Source: Candidatus Dormiibacterota bacterium (GTDB taxonomy: Bacteria > Chloroflexota > Dormibacteria > Aeolococcales > Aeolococcaceae). Taken from it: 64,000 nucleotides of DNA. Numbering within the stretch: position 1 is the first letter of the stretch; each line of letters begins with the position of its first letter. Below the pieces are notes generated by a model. It worked only from the letters and a program-made list of their open reading frames with translations, had not been told where the DNA came from and made no database searches. The stretch is from the NCBI GenBank assembly GCA_963718525.1, contig OY970355.1, positions 288,001-352,000 of the forward strand. Reading direction: 5' to 3'. This document shows, in pieces, positions 51,046 through 61,221 of this stretch. A program made the translations under genes and the position numbers.

Positions 51046-52815
51046 ATGGCTGCAGTTCCCCGGCATCGGACGCAGACGTGGCGCGACCTCGGCACCAGTG
51101 CCGTGCTCATCTCACTGTGGATCGTTCCCTGGCTCCTGCTCACCGCGGCGACGTGGATCGCCGGTGGTCGTCCGAGCGCGTCACCCATCTCGTTTCTCAA
51201 CCCCGCCCAGATCATTCGCCGACTTGAGTCCGGAGGCGGAGCCTTCGACTGGTGGGTTCTGGTTGCACCGAAGTCGAACGTCATCACCTGGAGGTTCTGG
51301 GGTAGTCTCGCTGTCATAGCCATCACGGCAAGCGCGGGCGTTGTCGGAGCACGAGTGCAGGCGCAGCAAGTGTCGCGCGGCAGGCTCAGCCGGTTCATGT
51401 CACCTGCCCGTCGGATGGCACGAACGGGCCGGTGGGCACGCGGCATCGACCTCCGGCCGATGCATGGTCGTCCCGGACGCGCTAGTGTGTTCCTCCTCGG
51501 CCGACATGGTCGCCGGATGCTGGTGACTCAACTGGAAACCAGCGTGCTGGTGATTGGACCAACCCGATCCGGGAAGACGGCGGGACTCGTGATCCCCAAT
51601 CTCCTCGAGTGGGATGGCCCTGCCATTGCAACGAGTACCAAGAGCGAAGTTGTCGATCTCACGGCAGGGCACCGCCAGTCACTCGGACCGGTCTACGTGT
51701 ACGACCCAACTCGTGAGATCGGGGGGAAGTACGACTCCGTGACCTGGTCGCCCATCGCAGGATGCGACGATCTCGATCGCGCCTGGATGGTTGCATCGTG
51801 GCTGTGCGCTTCGCTGCAGCAGGGCGGAGGCCGCGGCGACAACGATTGGTCCCACTGGGCTGAATCGGGCAAGTTGCTGATAGCGCCGCTGCTCTACGTG
51901 GCCGCGATCACCGGCCGGACGATCGTAGATGTCAGGACGTGGATCCACGGGTTCGATCTGGCGAGTCCGATTGGGATGCTCGAGGAATTGCTGCTCGACC
52001 CCGAAATCCGCGGCGATGCCGATCCGATTCGCGCCATGTCGATGCTTGCGTCGGTCGATCAACGCCCAGAGCGTGAGCGCGGCACGGTGTTCTCAACGGT
52101 CATGCGCATCTTCAACGTCTTTACCGAGCGTGCAGTCGCCGAGTTGGCTTTGTCCAGCCGCTTTGACGCGGATGACTTCCTCCGTCGTCGCGGTACGCTC
52201 TACCTCTGCACCCCGAGGCAGACGCCGGAGCGGGTCGGGAGCCTGTTCGTCGGCATCCTCATGACCGTGGTGACTGCCGCATATGCGCTGTCTGAGAGCG
52301 AGCCGACTCGCCGGAAGACAGAGAGCCTTGGGCTGTTCCTTGATGAGCTTGCCAATGTTGTTCCGATCGAGGACCTGCCGGCACTTGCGTCACAGGGCGC
52401 CGGCCGAGGGGTGATGCTGATGTCCATCATTCAGGATCTCAGTCAGCTGCGGTCGCGGTACGGGGTGGAAAAATCAAACACCATATTGAACAACCACGGC
52501 TGCAAGCTGATCCTTCCGGGGATCAGTGATCCCGAGACTGCCGACGTCCTGGCGAAGCTCGTCGGTCGCACCGAATTCACTGAACAGCAGATGAGTGTCG
52601 GCGCTGATGGACGACTCAGTCGCTCCTACTCCGTTCGGCACGATGCCATGGCGACACCAGACGCGCTGCGGCAGATGAAGGCCGCCAGCGCCATCCTGAT
52701 CCATCGGGACAGTCCGCCGGCTCTCGTGAATCTGCCCTATTGGTTCCAGAACGCGCGCTATCGGCGACTCGCCAAGGTCCCCTTTTTCCGCGCCGCAGAA
52801 CACGTTCCGCGCTGA
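51046..52815 (+). CDS. type IV coupling protein VirD4/TraG family
   Basis: Two N-terminal TM segments; GPTRSGKT Walker A, TSTK, FLDELAN Walker B, QDLSQL..RYG. Confidence 0.92.
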   Translation: MAAVPRHRTQTWRDLGTSAVLISLWIVPWLLLTAATWIAGGRPSASPISFLNPAQIIRRLESGGGAFDWWVLVAPKSNVITWRFWGSLAVIAITASAGVVGARVQAQQVSRGRLSRFMSPARRMARTGRWARGIDLRPMHGRPGRASVFLLGRHGRRMLVTQLETSVLVIGPTRSGKTAGLVIPNLLEWDGPAIATSTKSEVVDLTAGHRQSLGPVYVYDPTREIGGKYDSVTWSPIAGCDDLDRAWMVASWLCASLQQGGGRGDNDWSHWAESGKLLIAPLLYVAAITGRTIVDVRTWIHGFDLASPIGMLEELLLDPEIRGDADPIRAMSMLASVDQRPERERGTVFSTVMRIFNVFTERAVAELALSSRFDADDFLRRRGTLYLCTPRQTPERVGSLFVGILMTVVTAAYALSESEPTRRKTESLGLFLDELANVVPIEDLPALASQGAGRGVMLMSIIQDLSQLRSRYGVEKSNTILNNHGCKLILPGISDPETADVLAKLVGRTEFTEQQMSVGADGRLSRSYSVRHDAMATPDALRQMKAASAILIHRDSPPALVNLPYWFQNARYRRLAKVPFFRAAEHVPR

Positions 52816-52896
52816 CGACGCGCTGCCATTCGCTCAGACGCAGGGTGCAACCGGGATAACGCCTTCAAGACAGCGCACTCCCCAAGCGAGCTGCTT

Positions 52897-53496
52897 TCAG
52901 TGTCCGAGCGGGAATGGGATCGGGATGACCGCGAAATGGCTGGGCACCGCGATCACGATCTCAACCCCGTCGTCATATCTTCGGTGCCAGTCCCTCGTCC
53001 GCGGATCAAAGGTATCGCTGGATGTGAAGCGCGCGGCACCACTCGTGTAGTCGCACCGTTCGCTGGTGCCCGGGTTGGCAGCAATCAGGATGCAGCGACC
53101 GATCGTCGGGATTCCGTCCCACGTCATCACCGCGCTCCCCGTCAGTGTCGTCGGCGAGGTGGTGACAATCACCAGCGTCGCCTGACCAGTGAAGACCTCA
53201 GTGCCTACTGCCGGATGCGCCATGCGATCGAGGAGGGTGCCGCCCACATGCACCTCAGTGCCATCTCGACCGGCTTCGAAATACGGGGGAGTGACCGAGA
53301 GCCACACGCCGCAACCGGCGGCCGCCAACGCAAGCGCAATCAACCACGCTGATCGGCGCCGTAACCACCCACGCCGCCAGGCGGTCGAAGGTCGATGCAC
53401 GGGCGCGAGACCACCCAGCGGCACGGGCAGCGTTTGAGCAGATCTGTCAACCAAGCCTGGTGGGCCAGAGAGGGGAACGACCGCCCGATCACCCAT
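52897..53496 (-). CDS. hypothetical membrane-anchored extracytoplasmic protein
   Basis: Single TM then beta-rich domain with Cys pair; ends IPIPFPLGH. Confidence 0.6.
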   Translation of the reverse strand: MGDRAVVPLSGPPGLVDRSAQTLPVPLGGLAPVHRPSTAWRRGWLRRRSAWLIALALAAAGCGVWLSVTPPYFEAGRDGTEVHVGGTLLDRMAHPAVGTEVFTGQATLVIVTTSPTTLTGSAVMTWDGIPTIGRCILIAANPGTSERCDYTSGAARFTSSDTFDPRTRDWHRRYDDGVEIVIAVPSHFAVIPIPFPLGH

Positions 53497-53953
53497 GCGG
53501 ATCGCTGACATCGGATATGGCACAGTCGAGGATGCGGATTGGATCGATCGAGATATGCATACGGATCCGCAACCGCCGTCGCCGCGCTGGACTGAGCCGC
53601 CCTCGCGCAGTCTCGCGCGTACTGCGATCGTCAAATTCCAAGACGGCGAGCACGGGCTCCGTCGATTGCAACAGCTCGCCTTCTATCCGCAGGTCCCCAA
53701 AGGCACCGAAGTCAGGGCGCATTGCGTCGCCGCCATCAAGGAATGGCCGGAGGCCGCGCTGGAGCTGCGCGATCACCCGGTCGCCGGCGACCTCCGTGGG
53801 GGCGTCATGGCCGGCCAGCAACAGGGCCAGACTGCACGTGAACCCTTCGACGGCATCGCGGATGCCTTCGAGCCGCTGCTCGCGAGTTGCGTGTGCGCCG
53901 ATTCCATCGGGTCGCCGCCCCGTGTGGGTCAGCGCGGCGATCCATCTGCTCAT
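53489..53953 (-). CDS. hypothetical protein
   Basis: ATGA-coupled to the ParA-like gene. Confidence 0.6.
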   Translation of the reverse strand: MSRWIAALTHTGRRPDGIGAHATREQRLEGIRDAVEGFTCSLALLLAGHDAPTEVAGDRVIAQLQRGLRPFLDGGDAMRPDFGAFGDLRIEGELLQSTEPVLAVLEFDDRSTRETARGRLSPARRRRLRIRMHISIDPIRILDCAISDVSDPHG

Positions 53954-55453
53954 CGTGTGATCGCATGCGGCGCCAGAACGATCGCCTCCGCGAGCTCGCG
54001 ATATGCAGCGCGAAGCGACGCCGAGACGGATTCGACAGTCACTCCCTGCATGCCTGCGTACCTGACTCGCTCCGCGTCATCAGGGATGTCGACTACTCGA
54101 TAGACTCGCTGCGTGATCGCGGCCATGTATCTTCTTGCCAGAGGATGCTCACGATTGCGTCGTGTGCGCGGAACAAGGGACGCAACGATCGCCGGGGGCA
54201 GATCGGCAACGTCGAGGTAATCGAGAACGCCGTTGAAGTCCTGCTTCGAGGCGGCGCTCGGGAGGACGAGCACGTCGGCATGCTCCAGCCAGTACGCCGC
54301 TGCCGCGGCTTCCGGGCCGGCTGTTGGGTCGGGTAGTCTGTTGCTCAGATCCACGACGATCAGCGGATATCGCGAGCGAAGATGGCTGACGAGGAGCCCG
54401 ATTTCGGTTCGCGAGTACTCGGATGACTCGCGCGCCTCTGGGAAGCATGCAAGCGCTGGCGTCGACGCGTGCACCGGCCTTGGAAGCTCGCCGCCTGCGA
54501 CCAATGCGACGATCATGTCGCGAACAGTGGCGGCGCCCGGTGGGAGGCTGAGCTGGCCCCACGCATCGGGATTGGCCATGTTCGCGTCGACGATTGCTGC
54601 GCAGCGCCCCACCACGTCGAGGGCGGTGCCGACGGCTATTGCAACGCCCGCCGCATGAACTCGTCTTTCCGACACCGCCTTTGCGGGAGCCGACGGCGAC
54701 GATGGTGGATCCGCGCATCACGAGCAGGTTTGCCAGCTCCGCTTCCGACAGTTCATTCGACGTGGGGCGCGGTCCGATGCGACGTGTCCACCCCGGGAGG
54801 CGGAAGGCGCGGTCCCGAATCGGGGGCTGGGGCTTTCGCGCGGGCAGCGACTCGGGTGTGAAGCCGGCCGCGACCGCGTCGGCCTGCCCGAGACTCATCG
54901 CAATGAGCAGATCGAATGGATCAGGGCCAGGTTCCTGCGATGCCACATCGACTTGAGCGACGGCCTCAGCACCAAGCGTGTCTTCGGTGACGTACCGCGC
55001 CGCCAAGGAACGCACCCGGGTGGCTTCGATTTCATCGTAGACGCCCATGGGGACAAGGTCGCCCATGACGGCCGCGGCATAATCGAGCGGCGAGCGGGCT
55101 GTGACCACGTGCACGCCGCTTTGATGTTCATAAGCATTCGTACCATCCGTCGCAGCGATGCCGACATAGCAAGATCCGTCGAGGCCGGCCAGCCAGCCTG
55201 CCAGGCCATCACTCCCCTGGACGATGAAGATCACATGGGAGTCGCGCGGAATCTGGGCATCCCACCAGGCATCGAGTTGACGCTGCGCGGCGACGTTCGC
55301 AAAGAATCCGACACCTCGTACTGGAGGGGTACATGCGATAACGGCGCTACTGCTGGATGTCAGTTCGCACAGCATCCGCCCAAGGGAGTCGGCACTCTCG
55401 TCGTCCTCCAGCAGGATGACCATCGCGTACGTGGCGATCGCATCAATGGGCAA
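53950..55453 (-). CDS. ParA/MinD-like ATPase with N-terminal extension (frameshift at ~54659)
   Basis: GSRKGGVGKTS deviant Walker A; continues HAAGVA..., IVDAN, IVVDL after removal of one base. Confidence 0.8.
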
Positions 55454-55826
55454 GTCGAATTGCCTCGCGGATGTCGGCCGGACCGGATCCGCAGCACAGT
55501 GACGCAGCAGGCAACGCGCGCTGAATTGCGCCGACCGCCAAGAGCAGCAGACCGACGGTCAAGAAAACCGACGCCAGGGAGAACGAGCTCCGATGAGGTG
55601 GCACATTCATGTTCGCCTTGACCATGGTCACGACCGCGATGCACGCGGCCGCAACGACAACCAGCCACGCCAGAACCTTCATCACTGCCTCGCCCGCTCT
55701 CAGGGTGGGGATCCTATCGGAGAAGAAAGCGAGCGCCTGGCTGATATCCGGAGGCCGGAGGACCAACCACGTCGCGATGAGCATCACCATAACGAGGCTG
55801 ACCAGGGGGACGGACCTCCGCACCAT
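55443..55826 (-). CDS. hypothetical 3-TM membrane protein
   Basis: Hydrophobic helices; in the Tad operon after the TadC-like gene. Confidence 0.6.
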   Translation of the reverse strand: MVRRSVPLVSLVMVMLIATWLVLRPPDISQALAFFSDRIPTLRAGEAVMKVLAWLVVVAAACIAVVTMVKANMNVPPHRSSFSLASVFLTVGLLLLAVGAIQRALPAASLCCGSGPADIREAIRLAH

Positions 55827-55833
55827 GAGCGTG

Positions 55834-56727
55834 TCAGCCGAGCCCGGACGAGATCGCTTGGAAGGTAGGCGCTCCAATCAGCAGAAGCAGCGGAATGAGC
55901 ATGCCCGCAATTGGTAGGGTGATCAGGATTCGCGCGCGTGCCGCCCTGACTCGCGCGTCAGCGAGGCGCTCCTGGTAAACGGTGAGAGCCAGCCGTGTAT
56001 AGGCAACTCGATTCGGAACGCCGACGTTGGTTGTGGCCGCAGCCTCAGCGACATCGGCAAACTCACGGATGCCATAGGCATCACCAATCCGACGATATTG
56101 CTCAGCCGTCGAGCGAAATGGGCCGATAGCGAGCCGCTTGTATCCACCGCGGTCCAGGAGATTCCCGAGCGCGTCGGCGCGTGCACATCGCGACATGATT
56201 CTGACTGCGTCATCGAGTTGCAACCCCCGGCTGTCGGTCATCACCGCAACCGCCATCAGCATATCCCCGAGGGTGCGGGCAGAGGTGTCGCGCTCACGGG
56301 CCGCTCGCCGCCGCAGGTCGGTGACCGAGAGGGGAAGAATCAGGACCGCGATCAACGCTGCCGCCCATGGCGGTGCCGGCCATGAACCCTCGACGGCCCT
56401 GCCACCTGCTGTCGCCACCAGAAGCAAGGCGAACGTCATCAGCGAGATCCCGCCCGTTCTCGCGAGGAATCCGATCGGCGTCTCGCTGCTGTTCGACTGA
56501 GCGAGGAGGCACTCGAGGTCGAGTTCAGATTGAATACGCTTGAGAATCGGCGCTCCACGCGCCACTCTCGCGAGAGCTGACTGGCGGGTCGCGAATCCAC
56601 GCAGATGTGCCATCCGCCGCCAGGCGCGTGCATCGGTGGCGCTGAACACATCGAGGAGGACAACGCCACCCACCCAGGCTCCGATGGCAAACAGTGCAAT
56701 GGCCGCATAGGGGATCGCCTCAGCCAT
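55834..56727 (-). CDS. TadC-like pilus platform protein (divergent)
   Basis: TM-soluble-TM topology, GLQLDDA, C-terminal ITLPIAGMLIPLLLLIGAP; follows the TadB-like gene. Confidence 0.65.
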   Translation of the reverse strand: MAEAIPYAAIALFAIGAWVGGVVLLDVFSATDARAWRRMAHLRGFATRQSALARVARGAPILKRIQSELDLECLLAQSNSSETPIGFLARTGGISLMTFALLLVATAGGRAVEGSWPAPPWAAALIAVLILPLSVTDLRRRAARERDTSARTLGDMLMAVAVMTDSRGLQLDDAVRIMSRCARADALGNLLDRGGYKRLAIGPFRSTAEQYRRIGDAYGIREFADVAEAAATTNVGVPNRVAYTRLALTVYQERLADARVRAARARILITLPIAGMLIPLLLLIGAPTFQAISSGLG

Positions 56728-57646
56728 GGGGATGCAGCTCCTGCTCCTCGACCTTACTGAGATCCCAGCGTGTCCAATGCGCCGTTCGGGCAATGCGCCC
56801 GAGCATTGCGATCAAGGCAAAGAACATCGCGATTGAGACCAAAAGCACGACGGTTCCTGCGACCGTACCGTAGTAGGCGCGAAAGCTGGCGACACGGACA
56901 AGACTGACGAACATGATCGTCATGAGTCCCGACATTGCAAACGTGACAGCTCGTTGCTGCGTCAACGTGACGAGAGACTCTTCTTCGACCTGAAGCTGCG
57001 CCTCGCCAATCGGAAGCAGCACGTCGTCGATCGCGGAAATGAGTCCGTCAAGACTTCTCGTTCTCGCCCAAATCAGGACGGCGCACGCATGCTCGACAAG
57101 TGGGGATCGCGACCGGACCCCACAGCGGACAATGTTTCCAGTGACAGAACCGCCCTGTGCCCACGGTTCCAAAACATAGGCAAGCTCACGACCAGGATTC
57201 CGCCCGATCTCCTGGAGCGCCGAGTCCAGCGATTGATTGCCAATCGCCATCCGATCACGGAGGACTCGAAGTTGCACCAGAAAGGCACGCTCCATTCGGA
57301 GCCGACGCCGGGCTGCGCGCCCCGCAACGGCAAATCGCACCCCGAAAAACCCAACCGCTCCCAGAACGAAGGCCAGGAGCCATATCTGCGTGGTCCATCC
57401 CACGGCGATTCCCGCAATCGTCACTCCGGCGCGGAGGCTAACCCAGCGACGCCAGGGCCATCCGAGCGCCGCGGCGACGTCCTTCTCGTGTTCGAGCGTA
57501 GGCACGATCGCACCATGTCGGCGGGACCCCTTCATCAGGTGGGGCACGCCGAGTATCGCGGCGATCGCACCGCAACCGCAGGCAACAATCAGTGCAAGGC
57601 CCGCAACGACGACCACGGGCTCGGGAAATATGCTGGCGAGCGTCAA
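56720..57646 (-). CDS. TadB-like pilus platform protein (divergent)
   Basis: RRRLRMERAF..QL..L...MAIGNQSLDSAL pattern; two C-terminal TMs; follows CpaF. Confidence 0.7.
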   Translation of the reverse strand: MTLASIFPEPVVVVAGLALIVACGCGAIAAILGVPHLMKGSRRHGAIVPTLEHEKDVAAALGWPWRRWVSLRAGVTIAGIAVGWTTQIWLLAFVLGAVGFFGVRFAVAGRAARRRLRMERAFLVQLRVLRDRMAIGNQSLDSALQEIGRNPGRELAYVLEPWAQGGSVTGNIVRCGVRSRSPLVEHACAVLIWARTRSLDGLISAIDDVLLPIGEAQLQVEEESLVTLTQQRAVTFAMSGLMTIMFVSLVRVASFRAYYGTVAGTVVLLVSIAMFFALIAMLGRIARTAHWTRWDLSKVEEQELHPHG

Positions 57647-59046
57647 GGCTCCGGCACCTCGTCGCTCTGAAGGTACGGGCGGATGCGGGGCGCAAGGCGA
57701 CCAAGGTTGCCGATGAGGTTGGTTCCCCGAACCAGGCCGCCGCTATCTGTTTGCCGGTAGACCCACTTGTGGTTTCCTCCGCGCTCGACAGCGACGACAC
57801 CTGTGATCCGTCGCCGCCCATCTTGATTGGCGATGTGGACGACGACATGGACCGCCTGCTCGACGATTCGTCGGGCAAGACGCTCGTTTCCCGCGAAGCG
57901 CGCGTTCTCCATGACGTATTGCATCGCCTGCTCGATGGCGAGCTCGGCATCCTCGGCATGGATCGTCGTCATCGAGCCGTCGTGGCCGGTCATCAGTGCC
58001 TTGCAGACGGCCGCCATCTCCTCGCCGCGAGATTCGCCGAGGATGAGCCGATCCGGCTGAAAGCGGAGAGCGTGGCGCACCAAGTCGAACATCGTGAGGT
58101 GCTGCGCCTCGGTGTCAGCGCGAATCGAGGGGATGGTCGAGACTGCAGTCGTCAGCGCGTGCCATTGCTCGCCATCGCCGCGATCCTGATCGAGATGCAG
58201 CTCCGCGCCATCTTCGACAACCACGATGTGCTCATCATCTGGAACCATTCCTGCAAGCACGCGCAGCAGCGTCGTCTTGCCGGTGGACGTGCCGCCTGCA
58301 ATCATCAGGTTGGCGCGCCCGCGCACGCAGGCTTCCACGAAGAGCGCAACACCTCGCGGCATGACCATTTGCGAGACGTAGTCGCCGAGGTCTCGCACCT
58401 TGGATCGGGCGGGCACCCTGATGGCTGCCTTGACGTCGGCACGTCCCGATACCGCAGGGCGCTTCGCGACACATAGTCGGATGACGCTGCCCACGTTTGC
58501 TTCGGCGATCGGGGAAGCGTCCGTGATTGACTGGTCGCCGGTGACCCCGCGCATCCGCACGACGCCCCGAAAGAACTCGAGCACCGCCTCGTCGTTCGCG
58601 AATGGGCTGCCTCCGACGAGAGAGAGCTTCCGTCCGACTGTGCTCACGAGCCAGTGGTCATGACCGAGGCACGTGATGTTCTCGAGCTCCGCTCCGTAGA
58701 TCAGGAGCGACAGTGGATAGAGGTGTGACCCAAGGATGACAGCGTTTCTCTGCGTCGTTGCACGATAACGGGCGTTGCGCGCGAGCTCCGCGACCACCGA
58801 CAGAGGCAGCCCACTGGACTGCGGCGATTCAATCGCCCGATCGATGGCAACGGACACATCCTCAGTCAGGCGTTCCTCGTGCAGGACTGAAGCCGGCTCG
58901 CCGTTTCTTGAACGCAGCACCGACGCAGCAATAACCCCCGCGACCTCATGCTCCTCGGTTGCAATGTGTGGCCATCTGCTGACCTGAACAGAGGTCCGGT
59001 GAATGGCCCCGACGAGGGTGTCCGCACCGCTGATCGCCGAGCTCAC
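57643..59046 (-). CDS. CpaF/TadA secretion ATPase
   Basis: GGTSTGKTT, VVEDGAEL Asp box, ALRFQPDRLILGESRG, TGHDGSMTTIHA His box, GRRRI. Confidence 0.92.
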   Translation of the reverse strand: MSSAISGADTLVGAIHRTSVQVSRWPHIATEEHEVAGVIAASVLRSRNGEPASVLHEERLTEDVSVAIDRAIESPQSSGLPLSVVAELARNARYRATTQRNAVILGSHLYPLSLLIYGAELENITCLGHDHWLVSTVGRKLSLVGGSPFANDEAVLEFFRGVVRMRGVTGDQSITDASPIAEANVGSVIRLCVAKRPAVSGRADVKAAIRVPARSKVRDLGDYVSQMVMPRGVALFVEACVRGRANLMIAGGTSTGKTTLLRVLAGMVPDDEHIVVVEDGAELHLDQDRGDGEQWHALTTAVSTIPSIRADTEAQHLTMFDLVRHALRFQPDRLILGESRGEEMAAVCKALMTGHDGSMTTIHAEDAELAIEQAMQYVMENARFAGNERLARRIVEQAVHVVVHIANQDGRRRITGVVAVERGGNHKWVYRQTDSGGLVRGTNLIGNLGRLAPRIRPYLQSDEVPEP

Positions 59047-59750
59047 AGGTGCAATTCGGATTCGATGCCAGCGAGAATCGTCGGCCGGCCGGTGTCAGCT
59101 ACTCGGGCCGCGCGGCGCTCGTCCCATCCCCAACCAGGTCGTATCGGAAGATCGGGGAGTTCCCTCTCGAGACTCTCGACCATGACACGTCGATGAGCCG
59201 CTCCCCGCTGCTCGCAGATGATCAACTCGCCATACGGTGGTCGCGCCGTTCGGAGGACGTCGATGGTTCTGGATAGCAGGGCGGGATCGTCGCGTACCAC
59301 GATGAAGACACGATCGAAAGCCGCGCAGACTGCATCGGCGGCGGCCCGGGGCGATCTGAGGCTTGCATGGGCCCATGGATGGCCGAGATCGACCACCACG
59401 GCGTCGCAGTCAAGGCCTCGGAGGGCTGGACTAATCGAACGGAGGCAGTCGCCTATCTCCAGCCCATACGTGCTGCGCAACCCCGGGATGACACGGAGCC
59501 CCGATCGGCCGGGCACCTGTATCGCCTGCGCACCGAGAACAGCCGCGGTCACCGGCCGATCGCCGAAACAATTTGCAAGACCTCGATCGTCCAGTCGCAG
59601 GTAGAGCAAATCCGCGATCGTGCCACCCTCCATGTCGCAGTCAACCAGGACGACGGAACGGCTCGTCGCGAGCGACCACGCAAGGCTGGTCGCCCACGAT
59701 GTCGAAGTCTGTCCGGCCCGAGTAGTGCAGACGCCTAGCAACAAACTCAC
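59043..59750 (-). CDS. CpaE/TadZ-like MinD-family protein with degenerate P-loop
   Basis: VVLVDCDMEGG, VVVDLG; TTRAGQTS replaces the Walker A; GTGA-coupled. Confidence 0.7.
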   Translation of the reverse strand: MSLLLGVCTTRAGQTSTSWATSLAWSLATSRSVVLVDCDMEGGTIADLLYLRLDDRGLANCFGDRPVTAAVLGAQAIQVPGRSGLRVIPGLRSTYGLEIGDCLRSISPALRGLDCDAVVVDLGHPWAHASLRSPRAAADAVCAAFDRVFIVVRDDPALLSRTIDVLRTARPPYGELIICEQRGAAHRRVMVESLERELPDLPIRPGWGWDERRAARVADTGRPTILAGIESELHL

Positions 59751-60383
59751 GGCGTGGTCGCCGTTCCCGAGAGCCCAGCGCACGCTGCGCCGCAAAGGAC
59801 ATGTATCGCCGCGTCGGCACTGAGCGGTGCGGAGGCGACCCGTGCACCAGGAACCGTGAGAGCGACGTGCAACGCAACATTTGAAGCACCGATCGCCACC
59901 CACGCCGCCTCGTCGGCCACCGGAACCAGGAGGGTTACAGAGGACCCGGAGACGCTGTTGACGACCAGATCATGCCCAATCAGTACCTGCTGGTCGCCGG
60001 TGATGGCAGCGAACACATCGATGGCCTCGCCGGCGACCAAGGGCGGCGCGGTCGCGACCGTGATTGCCACGTTGGACTGGGCGGTTACCGGAACAAGATC
60101 ATCACTCCGCAGGATGTCGTTGACAAGCAACCCCCGCGCGAACAGCGCGTGAATGGTGGTGGGACCGTCCACTTCGAAGTTGAAGTCTGTCGACGCAGCT
60201 CGAACTTGCACCAGCTGGACATCGTCAACACTGTATGGACTTCCTGCCGTGACGTTGTGGGTGACGACCCAAACAGAAACCGTTTGCGTCGCATTGGTTT
60301 GCTCTGTGTAGACGATCAGTCCAAGAACCACGACGATCATCGCACTGAGCAAGACAGCAGCAACGAGTTCTTCTACGACTCAT
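59747..60383 (-). CDS. SAF-domain CpaB/RcpC-like pilus assembly protein (frameshift at ~60368)
   Basis: Corrected start MSRRRLVAAV + TM; VWVVTHNVTAG..., L.AGEAIDVF. Confidence 0.72.
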
Positions 60384-60468
60384 ACGATGATCCCCTCCCC
60401 TGAGCATCACCCCGCCGCCAGGCAGGAACGAGCATAGGGCATCAGGGGGTGGGTCGGTCGTCGCACGA

Positions 60469-61218
60469 TCACGGCGGGGCTGCCCCCCAGCACCGCAAGC
60501 CGGTTGAGTCGTGTGGATCCGGATAGCCTGCGGGAAGGAGGGGGCACGGATCGATGGGCCGTCCGTTCTCGAGAACCTCGAAGTGAAGGTGGTAGCCGGT
60601 CGCGCATCCAGTAGCCCCCTCGAACCCGAGTGGTTGCCCGATGGTCACATGGGCGCCGTCGGGCGCTGCGAAGGCTTCCAGATGGCCGTACAGGTAGGTT
60701 CTCCCACCTGCGCTCAGGACTCCAAACGACCCCAGGCCGCCGAGCCGTCCGGGTGGATACGAACACGCGATCGGTGCGCCTTGATCACGATGAAAGACAC
60801 CATCAGCGACTGCTACCACCATGGTTGCCGGCGGACAGACGATGTCCATTCCCGCGTGCGGGTGCTCCCACGGCGTGTCGCCATATCCCTGACTGACGTA
60901 CATCGTGGGGCAATTCATCGGAGCACCGACCGCTGCTCCGGTCAGCGATGCGCAGGCCGTTGCCGAGACGCGCGGGCAGTTGAGACTCCCTCCGATCCCA
61001 ACCACCGAAGCAGTTGCTGCGAGGAGCGCACTGCCTATGGAAAGAGCAACCGCACCCGCAAGTGCTCCGCAGGCAAGGCAGCCGAGACAGGACATCGAGC
61101 AGCACGACGCCGCCCGGCGACCGCTGCCCCGGGGCGCTGAACCGCCGACCGCCGACGCAAGTGCACGCATGCCTCGAACGTTGGAGAGTGCGGCTCCGAG
61201 CGCCGCAGGGAGAGCCAC
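60469..61218 (-). CDS. M23 family peptidase (VirB1-like peptidoglycan hydrolase)
   Basis: HAGMD, V.AVADG, YGHL, TGYHLHFEV, IDP. Confidence 0.9.
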   Translation of the reverse strand: MALPAALGAALSNVRGMRALASAVGGSAPRGSGRRAASCCSMSCLGCLACGALAGAVALSIGSALLAATASVVGIGGSLNCPRVSATACASLTGAAVGAPMNCPTMYVSQGYGDTPWEHPHAGMDIVCPPATMVVAVADGVFHRDQGAPIACSYPPGRLGGLGSFGVLSAGGRTYLYGHLEAFAAPDGAHVTIGQPLGFEGATGCATGYHLHFEVLENGRPIDPCPLLPAGYPDPHDSTGLRCWGAAPP

Positions 61219-61221
61219 CGT

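Noticed and set aside
52816-52896. oriT between virD4 and the end of the Tad operon
   Set aside because: No convincing inverted repeat plus nic consensus was identified by eye
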